Of a stretch of DNA of 32,000 nucleotides, positions 1 to 11,280 are shown piece by piece. Where the stretch lies: the NCBI RefSeq assembly GCF_035285525.1, contig NZ_JAYKGW010000141.1:31068-63067 (forward strand), read 5' to 3'. Position 1 is the first letter of the stretch, and each line of letters opens with the position of its first letter. This DNA comes from Okeania sp. (lineage in GTDB: Bacteria; Cyanobacteriota; Cyanobacteriia; Cyanobacteriales; Microcoleaceae). Both the position numbers and the translations under genes were made by a program. The notes beneath the pieces were generated by a model. That model had not been told where the DNA came from. It did not search any database and saw only the letters and a list, made by a program, of their open reading frames with translations.

Positions 1-3000
1 CAATCAGACTTACCTTCAATCGCAGCCTCCGTCAACACCCTTGTAGTCTCTTGGAAACTAGCTGCCGAAATAAAGCTATCCGTATTCAAAGATGCTTTCG
101 TAATCCCCAATAATATTGGTGTATATTGAGCAGTCGCCCCACCCGTAATAGACATCGCCTCATTCACCTGTTCCACTTGTCGCAACTCTATCAACTCCCC
201 AGGTAACATAGTAGTATCACCACCATCATCAATCCTCACCTTCGCCGTCATCTGACGCACGATTACTTCAATATGTTTATCAGAAATATCAATACCCTGA
301 GACTGATAAACCGCTTGCACCTGATTTACCAAGAACCTCTGACAAGCCTCAAAACTCCTCAGACAAGCCTCATAAACGCTTTCATGTTCCCGGTAATAGT
401 TGAAGAAAGTCTCCAGAATTTCATGGGGATTTTGAGGTCCGTCGGTTAGAGGTTCACCCACTTCCACATTGTGTCCATCAGGAACAATTACATTTTGACC
501 ATGACCTATAGGATAATCTGTGATTGTACCATCCATCGAAACCACACTCACCTCTATGTTCTCATCATTAATCTGAACCTGAGCTTGACCAGGATACTTA
601 ACTAAAATGCAAGATTCTTTGGGTTTCCGTGCTTCCAATAATTCTTCAATTCGAGGTAAACCCTGAATAATATCCCCAGTCTTAGTCCGCTCAAATACCA
701 GCAATACCAAACTATCTCCCCGTTGCACCAAATCTTCATCCGTAGTCACCAAGACCGCACCGGTAGAAACACGATATGGTCGGCCTTGGCGCAATACCAC
801 CTGATAACTTTCACTACCATTCTCCAGAGGTATCGTTTCAACCTGATATACCATACCAGAATTTTGAATAACTGTTCCCGGAGCAATTTCAGTACCAGCA
901 ACTAATAAATCCCCTGCTACCACAGATGGTAAAGTATTCACTGGGATTCTAATTAAATCTTCTTCTCGAACTATCAAAACCCGACGAATAGCCTCGGAAC
1001 CCTCTCGAATACCCCTGACTTCACCAGATTGCTTAGATAAAATTTCTGTACGAGCGACCACAGCTCCAGCTTCGATGACATCTCCATCTTTAACTAATAA
1101 GCTAGTATTCGTACTACCATGAGTTGTATCTGCCATCACATCCCGGCGAATGATTAAAGATTCCAGAATCACCAACTGTAAACGCATTACCCCTTCTTCT
1201 TCTGGGTCTGGTGATAATTCAATATCAGCAGCTAGTTGTGGTGCTTCTTCTCCAATCTCTAATACTAACTGAGTACGCAACAATTCTATCGCTTCCACAG
1301 ATTTAACTCGCTCTCCATCCTTAAAAGCAATCCGTTGCACGGCTCGTAACTCAATAGAAGAATTAATTGATTTCTGAGAGGGTACACCAGGTTCATCAGG
1401 TACATGAAACTCAGTCACAGGTCGTAACAATAATCCAGGACCTTCTGGGGTTTCTATATATTCAATATATCTTAACTCAGACGTTACCAACCCTGGAATC
1501 ACCTCTTGTCCTGGTGTGGTAATTTGACCATCCATCTGACTTAAATCCCCTAAGTCTGTATAATAACCTGCATTATGCAGTTCCCCTGGCTTAATAACTA
1601 TTTCCCTGAGAATGTCATTTTTATGGTGTACTTCGGCAACTCCTTTAGATTGACAGAAAACATCTTTGACTATTTCTGTCCCAGCTTCCACATATTGACC
1701 GTCTTCCACCAAAAGGAGAGATATATCCTTATTAACTTCGTGACATTCTTCAGGAATCCATAGCAATGTACCACCTTTGGTGACTTCATACCCTTGTTTT
1801 GCTTTACCACGTTTGAGAACTTCCACCCCAGCATATTTAATGATGCCACCTGTAGAAGTTTGATAATTTCCATCTAAAAGTTCAGCAATAACTTCGTGGT
1901 TGCTAACTTTGCTACCAGGAGCTACTTTGAGAGCAAATCTTTGATTATTTTGAGTCTCAATGATATACTGCTCGCGATTAGCAATACTTTCTAAACGAAT
2001 TTTGGCTTGGTCTAATCGCACACTTGCGGTAATCACTTCAATTTCGTGAGGCAAGTTATCGGGAGGAGTTGAGAGTGTGGGAGGAGTGGGAAGTGCAGGA
2101 GAAGCAGGAAGATTGGAACTCGGCAATGAGGAATCAGGTATGCGCACCACACCACCATGTTCTGTCACCAACTTAGTTTCAGCAATTATACTGTTAACTT
2201 GAATTTTAGTACCATTTTTCACCATTGGTTCTGCACCTGGTGGCAAGTTATATACTTCTCCAGCTAATATCCATATCAGACCACCTCTTTGAGCAATGCG
2301 AGTAGTTGTTCCTTGTTTATCTACTTTTTCTTCTTGCACCAACTGAGCAAACTTTACTTCTCCTGCTAAATCTGAAGCTACTTCTTTAGTTACTTTCTCA
2401 GTGGTTTTCTTGACCTGACCTCCCTTTGCTACTTCTGCTAACACCGTCCCTTTCAATACTTGCTGATTATCGCGTACCATAATAATCGAACCTTGAGAAA
2501 TAGGTACACTTTCTTTACGATTTTCTGCACCCAATACAATTAGGTCAAAAGTATTTTCTGCAACCATCGCCTCATCCCCATGACGAGTCCGGAAGGAGCG
2601 AGTCCGAACATTAGATGGGTACTTGACCACACCTGCAAACGGGGCGAGAAATTGACGCGCTACTTCCCCAGTAAATACCCCTCCAGTATGGAATGTCCGC
2701 ATCGTTAACTGTGTACCCGGTTCCCCAATAGACTGAGCAGCAATAATCCCAATAGCTTCTCCCATGTCAACTAAATGACCGTGAGCCAGACTCCATCCAT
2801 AACAATGTTGACAGACAGAACGAGGTGCTTCACAAGTTAGAGGCGATCGCACGAACACCTTTTCCACATTTGCCTTACCCACTGCCTTCGCCAAATCTTC
2901 AGTAAACACTTGATTTCTCACTGCCTGAATACCACCACTACTAATAATTTCTCCTGTTTTTGGATGCTTCACATCAGCAGCAACAACCCTACCCAACAGT

Positions 3001-3713
3001 CGATCTTTTACCGGAATTAGCACGCGATCGCCTTCTTTCATGCTAGTAACAGTTACTCCCCGCATAGTGCCACAGTCTACTTCCCGGACTATTACATCCT
3101 GAGAAACATCAACCAAACGACGAGTCAAATAACCAGAGTCAGCAGTTCTCAATGCCGTATCAACCAAACCTTTTCGCGCACCATAAGAAGAAATAATGTA
3201 CTCAGTTACAGTTAAACCTTCCCGGAAGTTAGTTTTAATTGGCAAGTCAATAATTTCCCCTTGTGGATCTGCCATCAAACCCCGCATTCCTACCAACTGA
3301 CGCACTTGAGAAATATTACCCCGTGCCCCAGAAAATGCCATCATGTAGACTGAGTTCAGAGGATTAGTTGCCTTAAAATTACGAACCACTTCATCTTTAA
3401 GATTTTCACTGGTACTATTCCAAGTATCAATTACCTTTTGAAAACGTTCGACTTCAGTGATTTTGCCTTTAGTGTAACGATCTGTGGTATTGCGAATTTC
3501 TTCCTCTGCTGCATTTAAAAGTTGTCGTTTAGAGGGAGGTACTTGCAAATCATCTACACTGATAGAAACTCCGGCCTTAGTAGCATAACGGAACCCTAAA
3601 TCTTTCAGCTTATTTGCCATCTGTGATGTTCTGGCCGTACCGTAATTGTTAAAAGACCAAGAAATTAGCTTTTTTAGTTGACCTTTGTTGATAACTCTGT
3701 TATGGAAAATCAT
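1..3713 (-). CDS. rpoC2: DNA-directed RNA polymerase subunit beta' (cyanobacterial split C-terminal half, RpoC2); partial, continues past the left edge
   Basis: ATG at 3713-3711 translates as [57 protein letters not shown] translated by hand from about 2150 down to base 1 and found no stop. It lies directly downstream of rpoC1. It is absent from the ORF track only because it has no stop in the window. Confidence 0.95.
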   Translation of the reverse strand, partial: MIFHNRVINKGQLKKLISWSFNNYGTARTSQMANKLKDLGFRYATKAGVSISVDDLQVPPSKRQLLNAAEEEIRNTTDRYTKGKITEVERFQKVIDTWNSTSENLKDEVVRNFKATNPLNSVYMMAFSGARGNISQVRQLVGMRGLMADPQGEIIDLPIKTNFREGLTVTEYIISSYGARKGLVDTALRTADSGYLTRRLVDVSQDVIVREVDCGTMRGVTVTSMKEGDRVLIPVKDRLLGRVVAADVKHPKTGEIISSGGIQAVRNQVFTEDLAKAVGKANVEKVFVRSPLTCEAPRSVCQHCYGWSLAHGHLVDMGEAIGIIAAQSIGEPGTQLTMRTFHTGGVFTGEVARQFLAPFAGVVKYPSNVRTRSFRTRHGDEAMVAENTFDLIVLGAENRKESVPISQGSIIMVRDNQQVLKGTVLAEVAKGGQVKKTTEKVTKEVASDLAGEVKFAQLVQEEKVDKQGTTTRIAQRGGLIWILAGEVYNLPPGAEPMVKNGTKIQVNSIIAETKLVTEHGGVVRIPDSSLPSSNLPASPALPTPPTLSTPPDNLPHEIEVITASVRLDQAKIRLESIANREQYIIETQNNQRFALKVAPGSKVSNHEVIAELLDGNYQTSTGGIIKYAGVEVLKRGKAKQGYEVTKGGTLLWIPEECHEVNKDISLLLVEDGQYVEAGTEIVKDVFCQSKGVAEVHHKNDILREIVIKPGELHNAGYYTDLGDLSQMDGQITTPGQEVIPGLVTSELRYIEYIETPEGPGLLLRPVTEFHVPDEPGVPSQKSINSSIELRAVQRIAFKDGERVKSVEAIELLRTQLVLEIGEEAPQLAADIELSPDPEEEGVMRLQLVILESLIIRRDVMADTTHGSTNTSLLVKDGDVIEAGAVVARTEILSKQSGEVRGIREGSEAIRRVLIVREEDLIRIPVNTLPSVVAGDLLVAGTEIAPGTVIQNSGMVYQVETIPLENGSESYQVVLRQGRPYRVSTGAVLVTTDEDLVQRGDSLVLLVFERTKTGDIIQGLPRIEELLEARKPKESCILVKYPGQAQVQINDENIEVSVVSMDGTITDYPIGHGQNVIVPDGHNVEVGEPLTDGPQNPHEILETFFNYYREHESVYEACLRSFEACQRFLVNQVQAVYQSQGIDISDKHIEVIVRQMTAKVRIDDGGDTTMLPGELIELRQVEQVNEAMSITGGATAQYTPILLGITKASLNTDSFISAASFQETTRVLTEAAIEGKSD

Positions 3714-3769
3714 AATTAAAATAATGAATAATGAACAATGAATAATTAATAACGAAAATACAATGGGGT

Positions 3770-3829
3770 AGGGGCGGGTTTTTGCTAGAACTTTAACACC
3801 TACTCTAGGATTTATACAAACCCGCCCCT
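3770..3829. mobile_element. MITE-like hairpin element with termini AGGGGCGGGTTT / AAACCCGCCCCT
   Basis: Perfect 12-bp inverted termini at 3770-3781 and 3818-3829. The same termini with unrelated interiors recur at 6095-6166 and 6291-6346. Confidence 0.6.
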
Positions 3830-3872
3830 AAATCAGTAGTAGGTTGGGTTGAGGGACGAAACCCAACCATAT

Positions 3873-3952
3873 AATCCCCTCTAACCCCCCTTCGGAAGGG
3901 GGGACTGCTGGCAACTCTTTCATTATCGGACCTAGAAACCCGGTTTCTTTTT
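3873..3952 (+). repeat. 80-bp dispersed repeat (here called R1), intact copy containing the palindrome CCCCCCTTCGGAAGGGGGG
   Basis: Aligns by eye along its length with 9756-9781 plus 9970-10023 in the same orientation. Confidence 0.7.
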
Positions 3953-3972
3953 GAAGGCCAACCAATTGCTGC

Positions 3973-4046
3973 TCCCCGACTCCCCGACTCCCCGACTCCC
4001 TACTCCCTACTCCCTACTCCCTACTCCCTACTCCCTACTCCCTAAT
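3973..4046. repeat. Tandem array: (TCCCCGAC)x3 followed by (TCCCTAC)x6-7, STRR-type
   Basis: Read directly from the sequence. The array overlaps the last codons and TAG stop of rpoC1 (4035-4046). Confidence 0.95.
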
Positions 4047-6059
4047 TGCTGATTGAATTGTTTGATTGAGAATTATCCGACCAGGAGTTGTCACCACAAA
4101 CTGTGCAGTCATTACTCCATTATTCTCGCGAGTTTGACGAGATTTAATATAAACCTTATTAATATCTCCCTCCTGATTATAATGAACTCGATACAAATGA
4201 TACATCTTTATCACCTCCCCATTGTTTTGAGTATGTTCAAATTTCAACTCTCCCAAAGTATCAGGCAATATCTTACTATCCAACGGCATCCAATAAGTCT
4301 TAATCACCACCTCATCAGACATCTGCTGCATATAAGGATGGGTTTCTTCTGCTTTATCAGTTTCAATTTGCACATCAACCCCTAATCGCAAATAAACATA
4401 AGTATGCAAATCGATCTGCCCTTGTTCATAAGCAATAACTACATCATCAAGGTTAGCAAAATAAAGTTCCTCCGCTCTTTGCACCTTATGGTTTTCTGCC
4501 GTCAGATAATAACAACCCAACACCATATCCTGAGAAGGAGTAATAATTGGACGACCAGTCGCTGGAGACAAAACATTATTCGATGCCAACATCAATAACC
4601 TCGCCTCCGCTTGCGACTCCAGAGACAACGGTACATGAACCGCCATTTGGTCTCCATCAAAGTCAGCATTAAACGCTGGACAAACTAAAGGATGCAGTTG
4701 AATCGCTCGACCATTTACTAAAATAGGTTCAAAAGCTTGAATCCCCAATCTATGCAAAGTTGGAGCGCGGTTCAACATCACCGGATGCCCATCTATCACC
4801 TCCTCCAATACATCCCACACATTCGGGTCTCCCTTAAGAATCAGTTTTTTAGCCGCCTTAATATTATTCACCAACCCCTGACGAATCAAGCGATGAATCA
4901 CAAAAGGTTGAAACAACTCAATCGCCATTTCCCGTGGTAAACCACATTGATTAATAGCCAACTTCGGTCCGACAACGATTACGGAACGCCCCGAATAATC
5001 AACCCGTTTACCCAACAAATTTTGTCGAAAACGACCCTGTTTACCCTCAATGATATCGCTCAAAGATTTCAGAGGTCTATTATTTGCACCCACCACAGTG
5101 CGACCCCGACGACCATTATCAATCAAAGCATCAACTGCTTCTTGCAACATTCGTTTTTCATTGCGGATAATAATCTCCGGTGCCAAAATTTCCTGCAACC
5201 GTGCCAAACGATTATTCCTATTAATCACTCGTCGGTAAAGGTCATTCAAATCGCTGGTGGCAAACCTACCCCCATCCAACTGTACCATTGGACGCAAATC
5301 AGGAGGAATAACAGGAACTGCATCTAAAACCATCCATTCTGGTCTGGAACCCGTAGCAACAAAGTTATCAATCACCCGCAAACGCTTAATTAACTTGGCT
5401 CGTTTTTGCCCCTTAGAATTAGCAATTTCCTCCCTTAGCTTTTCTGCTTCTTCTTCTAGATTGAGATTTGATAATAAAACCTGTAAAGCTTCAGCACCAA
5501 TACTAACCTCAACCCCTTCTATTTCTGAATCTTCGCTATAGATTTGGTCTTCAATTTCTAACCAAGCATCTTCAGCTAAAAGTTGTTTATAACTTAAACT
5601 TTCGTGATTTCCAGGTTCTAATACTACATAAGCATTGAAGTAAACAATTTGTTCTACATCTCGCAATGGCATATCTAACAAAATTGCCATATAACTCGGA
5701 ATACCCTTGAGATACCAAACATGAGTTACTGGTGCTGCCAATTTAATATGTCCCATGCGATGGCGACGCACCCGTGCCTCAGTTACTTCAACTCCACATC
5801 TTTCACAAACGATACCCCGATGTCGGACTCGTTTATATTTTCCACAATGACATTCCCAATCTTTCGCCGGACCAAAGATGCGTTCGCAAAACAACCCATC
5901 CATTTCTGGTTTTAGAGTCCGGTAGTTAATAGTTTCTGGTTTGGTTACTTCTCCCACGACAGTACCGTTGGGCAGGGTTCTTTCTCCCCACTTACGGATT
6001 CTTTCTGGGGAAGCTAACCCAATTTTTACATAATCGAATCTTTGTTCTAATTTTGCCAC
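4035..6059 (-). CDS. rpoC1: DNA-directed RNA polymerase subunit gamma (N-terminal half of beta', RpoC1)
   Basis: Conserved [25 protein letters not shown], the zinc motif [23 protein letters not shown], and the catalytic NADFDGD. The likely start is GTG at 6059, giving [14 protein letters not shown]. The ORF-track start at 6143 lies inside a repeat hairpin. Confidence 0.93.
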   Translation of the reverse strand: MAKLEQRFDYVKIGLASPERIRKWGERTLPNGTVVGEVTKPETINYRTLKPEMDGLFCERIFGPAKDWECHCGKYKRVRHRGIVCERCGVEVTEARVRRHRMGHIKLAAPVTHVWYLKGIPSYMAILLDMPLRDVEQIVYFNAYVVLEPGNHESLSYKQLLAEDAWLEIEDQIYSEDSEIEGVEVSIGAEALQVLLSNLNLEEEAEKLREEIANSKGQKRAKLIKRLRVIDNFVATGSRPEWMVLDAVPVIPPDLRPMVQLDGGRFATSDLNDLYRRVINRNNRLARLQEILAPEIIIRNEKRMLQEAVDALIDNGRRGRTVVGANNRPLKSLSDIIEGKQGRFRQNLLGKRVDYSGRSVIVVGPKLAINQCGLPREMAIELFQPFVIHRLIRQGLVNNIKAAKKLILKGDPNVWDVLEEVIDGHPVMLNRAPTLHRLGIQAFEPILVNGRAIQLHPLVCPAFNADFDGDQMAVHVPLSLESQAEARLLMLASNNVLSPATGRPIITPSQDMVLGCYYLTAENHKVQRAEELYFANLDDVVIAYEQGQIDLHTYVYLRLGVDVQIETDKAEETHPYMQQMSDEVVIKTYWMPLDSKILPDTLGELKFEHTQNNGEVIKMYHLYRVHYNQEGDINKVYIKSRQTRENNGVMTAQFVVTTPGRIILNQTIQSAIRE

Positions 6060-6094
6060 GATAATAATTGATAATGAATAATTGAGGTTCTGTA

Positions 6095-6166
6095 GGGGCG
6101 GGTTACGGTTCCCGAAAATCACAAGTGAGTTAACGAGTTTCACATAAACTTAGCTAAACCCGCCCC
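6095..6166. mobile_element. MITE-like hairpin element with termini GGGGCGGGTT / AACCCGCCCC
   Basis: 10-bp inverted termini at 6095-6104 and 6157-6166, located just upstream of the rpoC1 start. Confidence 0.55.
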
Positions 6167-6171
6167 CCCCG

Positions 6172-6270
6172 GGTTTCTCTGTCTCTGGTGTAGAAAGGAA
6201 TCCCAGAAACCCGGTTTCTCTATTTCTGGTGTAGAAAGGAATCCCAGAAACCCGGTTTCTCTATTTTCTC
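6172..6270. repeat. 41-bp tandem repeat, about 2.4 copies, each carrying the near-palindrome AGAAACCCGGTTTCT
   Basis: GGTTTCTCT starts at 6172, 6213 and 6254, giving a 41-bp period. The same palindrome occurs at 3936-3950. Confidence 0.85.
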
Positions 6271-6290
6271 CCCTAATGTTCTAGAAAAGA

Positions 6291-6346
6291 GGGCGGGTTT
6301 AGGTAAATCTCAGATGAACCAGGGAAATCTTTGGTTAAACCCGCCC
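6291..6346. mobile_element. MITE-like hairpin element with termini GGGCGGGTTTA / TAAACCCGCCC
   Basis: 11-bp inverted termini at 6291-6301 and 6336-6346, 24 nt downstream of the rpoB stop. Confidence 0.55.
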
Positions 6347-6369
6347 CTACTAATGCGTGTATCCGTCAC

Positions 6370-9300
6370 CTAATCTGTGTCTGCTCCTTCACTCGACAAT
6401 GATTCATATACAGGACGAGAAGGCGATCGCTTGCCCGGAATATCCGCCATTAAATCAACTTCCACATCCTGAGTCGTACCATCATCCATAGTCTCCACCT
6501 TATGAGCTGCAATATCTAAACATAGAGACTGTAACTCTCGCATCAACACTTTAAAAGACTCAGGAGTACCAGGACGTGGAATTGCCTTCCCTTTCACAAT
6601 GGCATTCAACGCCTCATTCCGACCTTGCATATCATCAGATTTCACAGTCAACAACTCTTGCAAAGTATAAGCAGCTCCAAAAGCTTCTAATGCCCATACT
6701 TCCATTTCTCCAAAGCGCTGACCACCTTGTTGTGCCTTACCACCCAAAGGTTGCTGTGTCACGAGAGAATATGGTCCGGTAGAACGAGCATGAATCTTAT
6801 CATCAACTAAGTGAACCAGTTTCAACATATAAGCAATCCCCACAGTCACGGGGCGGTCAAACCTTTCCCCAGTCCGCCCATCATACACCCAAATTTTCCC
6901 GGCATTGTTCTCATCAAATGCCCAATCTTTACCAGAAGTATCCCTACCTATTTTCAACATTCCATGCACCGTCTCCCTTGATTTCTCCACACCGTGCATC
7001 TCATCAAAAGGCACACACTTAAACCTTGCACCCAAAAGTTCACCGGCCCATCCCAACAAACACTCAAAAATTTGTCCTACATTCATCCGGGAAGGTACAC
7101 CTAATGGATTTAATATAATATCCAGAGGAGTACCATCAGGCAAATAGGGCATATCTTCAATGGGTAAAATTCTGGAAATAATTCCTTTATTTCCATGTCG
7201 CCCCGCGACCTTATCTCCTACTTGAATCTTCCGTTTTTGAGCCACATAAACCCTAACCACCATATTTGCTCCTGGTGGCAACTCATCTCCCTTTTCTCTG
7301 GTAAAGACTCGGACATCAACAATACGACCTTTCTCTCCATTGGGAACCCGTAAAGAATTATCCCGTACATCCCGTGCTTTCTCACCAAAAATTGCCCTTA
7401 ACAATTTTTCCTCTGGAGGTTGGTCAGATTCTCCTTTGGGTGTTACCTTACCGACGAGAATATCCCCAGATTGAACCCAGGCACCAACTCTGATAATACC
7501 CTGTTCATCTAAGTTCCGCAGACCGTCTTCCCCCACATTGGGAATTTCTCTAGTAATTTCTTCTGGTCCTAATTTTGTCTGTCGAGCTTCAATTTCAAAC
7601 TTTTCAATATGAATAGAAGTATAAACATCATCATACACCAAGCGTTCGCTAATCAGAACCGCATCCTCATAATTATAACCCTCCCAAGGCATATAAGCCA
7701 CCAAAACATTCTGCCCCAAAGCCAACTCAGCACCCTCAGTGGAAGAACCATCAGCTAATACCTGACCAGCTACCACTTGGTCTCCCTCATATACCAGAGG
7801 TCTTTGATTTAAACAAGTATCTTGGTTAGACCGTTGATATTTACACAAAGGATAATCTGTTTCATTACCTTCTTTATCAATCACAGATATTTTGGTCGAA
7901 TCTACATAACTCACTTCTCCATCAGTCCGAGTTACAACCACCATCCCAGAGTCCCGGGCAGTTTGAGCCTCCAAACCAGTCCCTACCAAAGGTCTATCTG
8001 GTTTTAACAATGGTACTGCTTGTCGTTGCATATTAGAACCCATCAACGCCCGGTTAGCATCATCGTGTTCCAAAAATGGAATTAATGATGTGGCCACCGA
8101 AACCACCTGCACTGGGGAAACTGCCACATAATCCACTTGTTGAGGAGTAGTAGTAGTAAAATCTTGTCGGTAACGTACTGGTACACTATCCCCCAATATG
8201 TTCCCTTCCGCATCAGTCATAATATCCCCTGGTGCTACCCGCAAATCATCCTCCGCATCTGCCGTCATATATATTGGCTTGCGATCGCGCATCACCCGGC
8301 CATTTTCTACTGGATAATAAGGGGTTTCTATGAATCCATAGCCGTTAACTTTAGCATGGTTGGCCAGAGAACCAATCAAACCAGCATTTGGACCTTCTGG
8401 TGTTTCAATGGGACAAATTCGGCCATAGTGAGAAGGATGGATATCTCGGACCGCAAATCCAGCTCTTTCTCTGGTCAAACCTCCTGGTCCCAACGCCGAT
8501 ATCCGTCTTTTGTGGGTCAATTCTGCCAATGGATTTGTTTGGTCCATAAATTGGGACAATTGAGATGAACCAAAAAATTCTTTGATAGCTGCAACTAATG
8601 GTTTCGGATTCACGAGAGATGTTGGAGTTAATGTATCGGCCTCAGATACTGTCATCCGCTCTCGAATAATTCGTTCTAAACGGTTTAAACCTACTCTAAT
8701 TTGGTTTTGTAGTAATTCTCCTACACTTCTGACTCGTCGGTTTCCTAAATGGTCAATATCATCTGTCTGACCAATGTCATACTCTAAATTAATTAAATAG
8801 TCAATGGAAGCTAATATATCTTCTTTAGTTAATACTCGCATTGTACTTGGCAAGTTTAACCGTAATTTATTATTGAGTTTATATCGTCCTACCCGCCCCA
8901 GGTCATATCTTTTTTGGTCAAAGAATCTACTTTGCAGTAATTGTTCTCCTCCAGCTACAGTAGGTGGTTCTCCTGGACGTAATTTCCGATATAATTCTAA
9001 TAGAGCTTCTTCTTCTCCAAATTGTCCTTCTTTTTCTATAGTTTTTTGGAAATAATCGGGATGTCTCAAGGAGTCAAATATTTCATTATCTCCTAATCCC
9101 ATCGCTTTGAGCAATACTTGAGCAGAAAGTTTGCGAGTTTTATCTATTCTGACCCAAACTAGGTCATTTTTATCTGTCTCAAATTTTAACCATGCACCTC
9201 GGTTAGGAATTAAACTAGCATTATATGTACGTCGCCCACTTTTATCTATCTCAGATTTATAATAAACTCCAGGAGACCGAACTATCTGATTTACAATTAC

Positions 9301-9681
9301 CCTTTCAGCTCCATTGATAATAAATGTTCCCCTATCAGTCATTAGGGGTAGGTCTCCAATGAATACTTCTTGTTCTTTTATTTCCCCAGTTTCTTTATTT
9401 ATTAAACGGGTAGGAACGTACATTTGCACTGCATAACTGCTGTCCCTACGTTTCGATTCTTCTACACTATATTTTGGTTGTTTTAGCTTATAGTTTTTAG
9501 CAATAAACTCAAGTTCTAACTTCCCTGTATAATCTGAAATTGGAGAATAGCTTTCTAACTCTTCTATTAGTCCATATTCTAGGAACCATCGAAAGCTAGC
9601 CCTTTGAATTTCTATCAAATCTGGCATATTGAAAATTTGCAGATTACTTTGGGTATCAATGTGTATTTTTTTCTGAATCAT
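6370..9681 (-). CDS. rpoB: DNA-directed RNA polymerase subunit beta
   Basis: 1103 aa with canonical blocks such as [51 protein letters not shown] and [32 protein letters not shown]. Confidence 0.98.
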   Translation of the reverse strand: MIQKKIHIDTQSNLQIFNMPDLIEIQRASFRWFLEYGLIEELESYSPISDYTGKLELEFIAKNYKLKQPKYSVEESKRRDSSYAVQMYVPTRLINKETGEIKEQEVFIGDLPLMTDRGTFIINGAERVIVNQIVRSPGVYYKSEIDKSGRRTYNASLIPNRGAWLKFETDKNDLVWVRIDKTRKLSAQVLLKAMGLGDNEIFDSLRHPDYFQKTIEKEGQFGEEEALLELYRKLRPGEPPTVAGGEQLLQSRFFDQKRYDLGRVGRYKLNNKLRLNLPSTMRVLTKEDILASIDYLINLEYDIGQTDDIDHLGNRRVRSVGELLQNQIRVGLNRLERIIRERMTVSEADTLTPTSLVNPKPLVAAIKEFFGSSQLSQFMDQTNPLAELTHKRRISALGPGGLTRERAGFAVRDIHPSHYGRICPIETPEGPNAGLIGSLANHAKVNGYGFIETPYYPVENGRVMRDRKPIYMTADAEDDLRVAPGDIMTDAEGNILGDSVPVRYRQDFTTTTPQQVDYVAVSPVQVVSVATSLIPFLEHDDANRALMGSNMQRQAVPLLKPDRPLVGTGLEAQTARDSGMVVVTRTDGEVSYVDSTKISVIDKEGNETDYPLCKYQRSNQDTCLNQRPLVYEGDQVVAGQVLADGSSTEGAELALGQNVLVAYMPWEGYNYEDAVLISERLVYDDVYTSIHIEKFEIEARQTKLGPEEITREIPNVGEDGLRNLDEQGIIRVGAWVQSGDILVGKVTPKGESDQPPEEKLLRAIFGEKARDVRDNSLRVPNGEKGRIVDVRVFTREKGDELPPGANMVVRVYVAQKRKIQVGDKVAGRHGNKGIISRILPIEDMPYLPDGTPLDIILNPLGVPSRMNVGQIFECLLGWAGELLGARFKCVPFDEMHGVEKSRETVHGMLKIGRDTSGKDWAFDENNAGKIWVYDGRTGERFDRPVTVGIAYMLKLVHLVDDKIHARSTGPYSLVTQQPLGGKAQQGGQRFGEMEVWALEAFGAAYTLQELLTVKSDDMQGRNEALNAIVKGKAIPRPGTPESFKVLMRELQSLCLDIAAHKVETMDDGTTQDVEVDLMADIPGKRSPSRPVYESLSSEGADTD

Positions 9682-9755
9682 TTATTGATAATATATAATG
9701 GATAATTAATAATTAATAATTAGGGAGCAGGTAAATGATGAAAATACCAGTGTAG

Positions 9756-10023
9756 AATCCCCCCTTACCCCCCTTCGGAAGCTATGTTTGATCAACATCT
9801 TTACTTAACAACAATGACAACTTATGTGTAAGTCTGGGAGTTGCTTTTTCCGAAGAAAATTGTATTGAGAAATATATTTAGTGAGGACCGTCGCCGGATT
9901 TATCCTCCCCATCCTCCCCACCCTCCCAAAATGGTTTCACGAGTTCCTGATCAGGAATAGCTTCGGAAGGGGGGGACTGCTCGCGACTATTTCATTATTA
10001 TCTGACCTACCCGGTTTCTTTTT
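9756..10023 (+). repeat. Second copy of the 80-bp R1 repeat, split by a 179-bp insertion
   Basis: 9756-9781 and 9970-10023 together reconstitute the 3873-3952 sequence, including the CCCCCCTTCGGAAGGGGGG palindrome. Confidence 0.7.
9782..9960. mobile_element. 179-bp non-autonomous insertion flanked by the 9-bp direct duplication CTTCGGAAG
   Basis: CTTCGGAAG occurs at 9773-9781 and 9961-9969. The imperfect terminal inverted repeat is CTATnnnTGATCA (13 of 19 bases). The uninterrupted target is visible at 3889-3898. Confidence 0.6.
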
Positions 10024-10069
10024 GTTGCGAAACCCAACAATAATCTTTCTCCCCTTTTCCACACTCTAC

Positions 10070-10855
10070 CTACTCCCTAATTAAAAAACCAAAAAGTTGA
10101 CTAGCATTTTTGCTAGTTTGTGCTGCTAGACTCTCATAACTCACACCTCTAAGCTCCGCCACTTTTTCGGCCACATATTTCACATAAGCAGGTTCGTTGC
10201 GTTTGCCCCGCTTTGGCACTGGTGCGAGAAATGGACAATCTGTTTCTACTAATAAGCGATCGCTAGGCACTATTTTAGCTGATTCTTGAACTTGTGTGGC
10301 ATTTTTAAAGGTGACAATGCCACTAAAACTAATATAAAATCCTAAGTCCAAGAACATTTTAGTTTCTTCTGGAGTACCTCCCCAGCAGTGCATAACCCCT
10401 CTCACCGCTCCTTGATTTTCTTGAAAATCATACAAAATCTCTGCCATTGAGAATGCAGCATCACGACAATGAATAATTAATGGTTTGTTAAGTTTTTGAG
10501 CTATGGTTAGCTGCTGTTCAAAAACAAATTTTTGTTTCTCTTGATTGTCTGCTTTGTAAAAGTCTAGTCCTGTTTCACCTATAGCTACTACTTTAGGATC
10601 GGATGTTGCAAGCTGTTGAATTTGATTAGCAGTGCTAGAAGTCCACTTATCAGCATCTAGGGGATGCAAACCAACTGCATAAAAAAGTTCTGGAAAGCGA
10701 TCTGCTATGGCTTTTATCGAAGAAAACTCTTCTGGTTCAACACAGGAGTGAACTAAGTGAACTACTCCTGCTTGTTGCCAACGTTGCCGGATTTCTTCCA
10801 AGTCAGAATTGAATACGTCAAAGTTAATATGGACGTGAGTATCAATTAGCGACAT
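10070..10855 (-). CDS. tatD: TatD-family metal-dependent hydrolase/DNase
   Basis: Motifs [25 protein letters not shown] and [10 protein letters not shown]. As I recall, rpsT-tatD-rpoB synteny is conserved in cyanobacteria. Confidence 0.85.
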   Translation of the reverse strand: MSLIDTHVHINFDVFNSDLEEIRQRWQQAGVVHLVHSCVEPEEFSSIKAIADRFPELFYAVGLHPLDADKWTSSTANQIQQLATSDPKVVAIGETGLDFYKADNQEKQKFVFEQQLTIAQKLNKPLIIHCRDAAFSMAEILYDFQENQGAVRGVMHCWGGTPEETKMFLDLGFYISFSGIVTFKNATQVQESAKIVPSDRLLVETDCPFLAPVPKRGKRNEPAYVKYVAEKVAELRGVSYESLAAQTSKNASQLFGFLIRE

Positions 10856-10883
10856 TTGGCTTTCTTGATTAATTTAATTAATT

Positions 10884-10910
10884 AGGGAGTAGGGAGTAGG
10901 GAATAAGGAG
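10884..10910. repeat. Heptamer array (GGGAGTA-type), about 3 units
   Basis: AGGGAGTAGGGAGTAGGGAATAAGGAG lies between the rpsT stop and the tatD start. Confidence 0.85.
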
Positions 10911-10941
10911 GAACAGATGTGCTTTCACACACCCAATATTT

Positions 10942-11280
<339 letters not shown>

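Noticed and set aside
723-1873. Short ORFs at 723-905, 1575-1763 and 1670-1873.
   Set aside because: They lie inside the continuous rpoC2 reading frame, either antisense or out of frame.
6060-6143. N-terminal 28-aa extension of rpoC1 given by the ORF track ([18 protein letters not shown]...).
   Set aside because: It reads through the GGGGCGGGTT hairpin repeat and has no similarity to RpoC1 N-termini. Homology starts at the GTG at 6059.
4053-9055. Many plus-strand ORFs of 60-143 aa within rpoC1 and rpoB (e.g. 4947-5327, 8137-8568).
   Set aside because: They are antisense to highly conserved RNA polymerase genes and have low-complexity, non-protein-like translations. They are shadow ORFs.
9881-10084. 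67-aa plus-strand ORF in the rpoB-tatD spacer. The same reasoning applies to 19963-20208(-), 22626-22826(-) and 13838-14032(-).
   Set aside because: These ORFs run through identified repeats, heptamer arrays or AT-rich intergenic DNA, have no ribosome-binding site, and have implausible composition.
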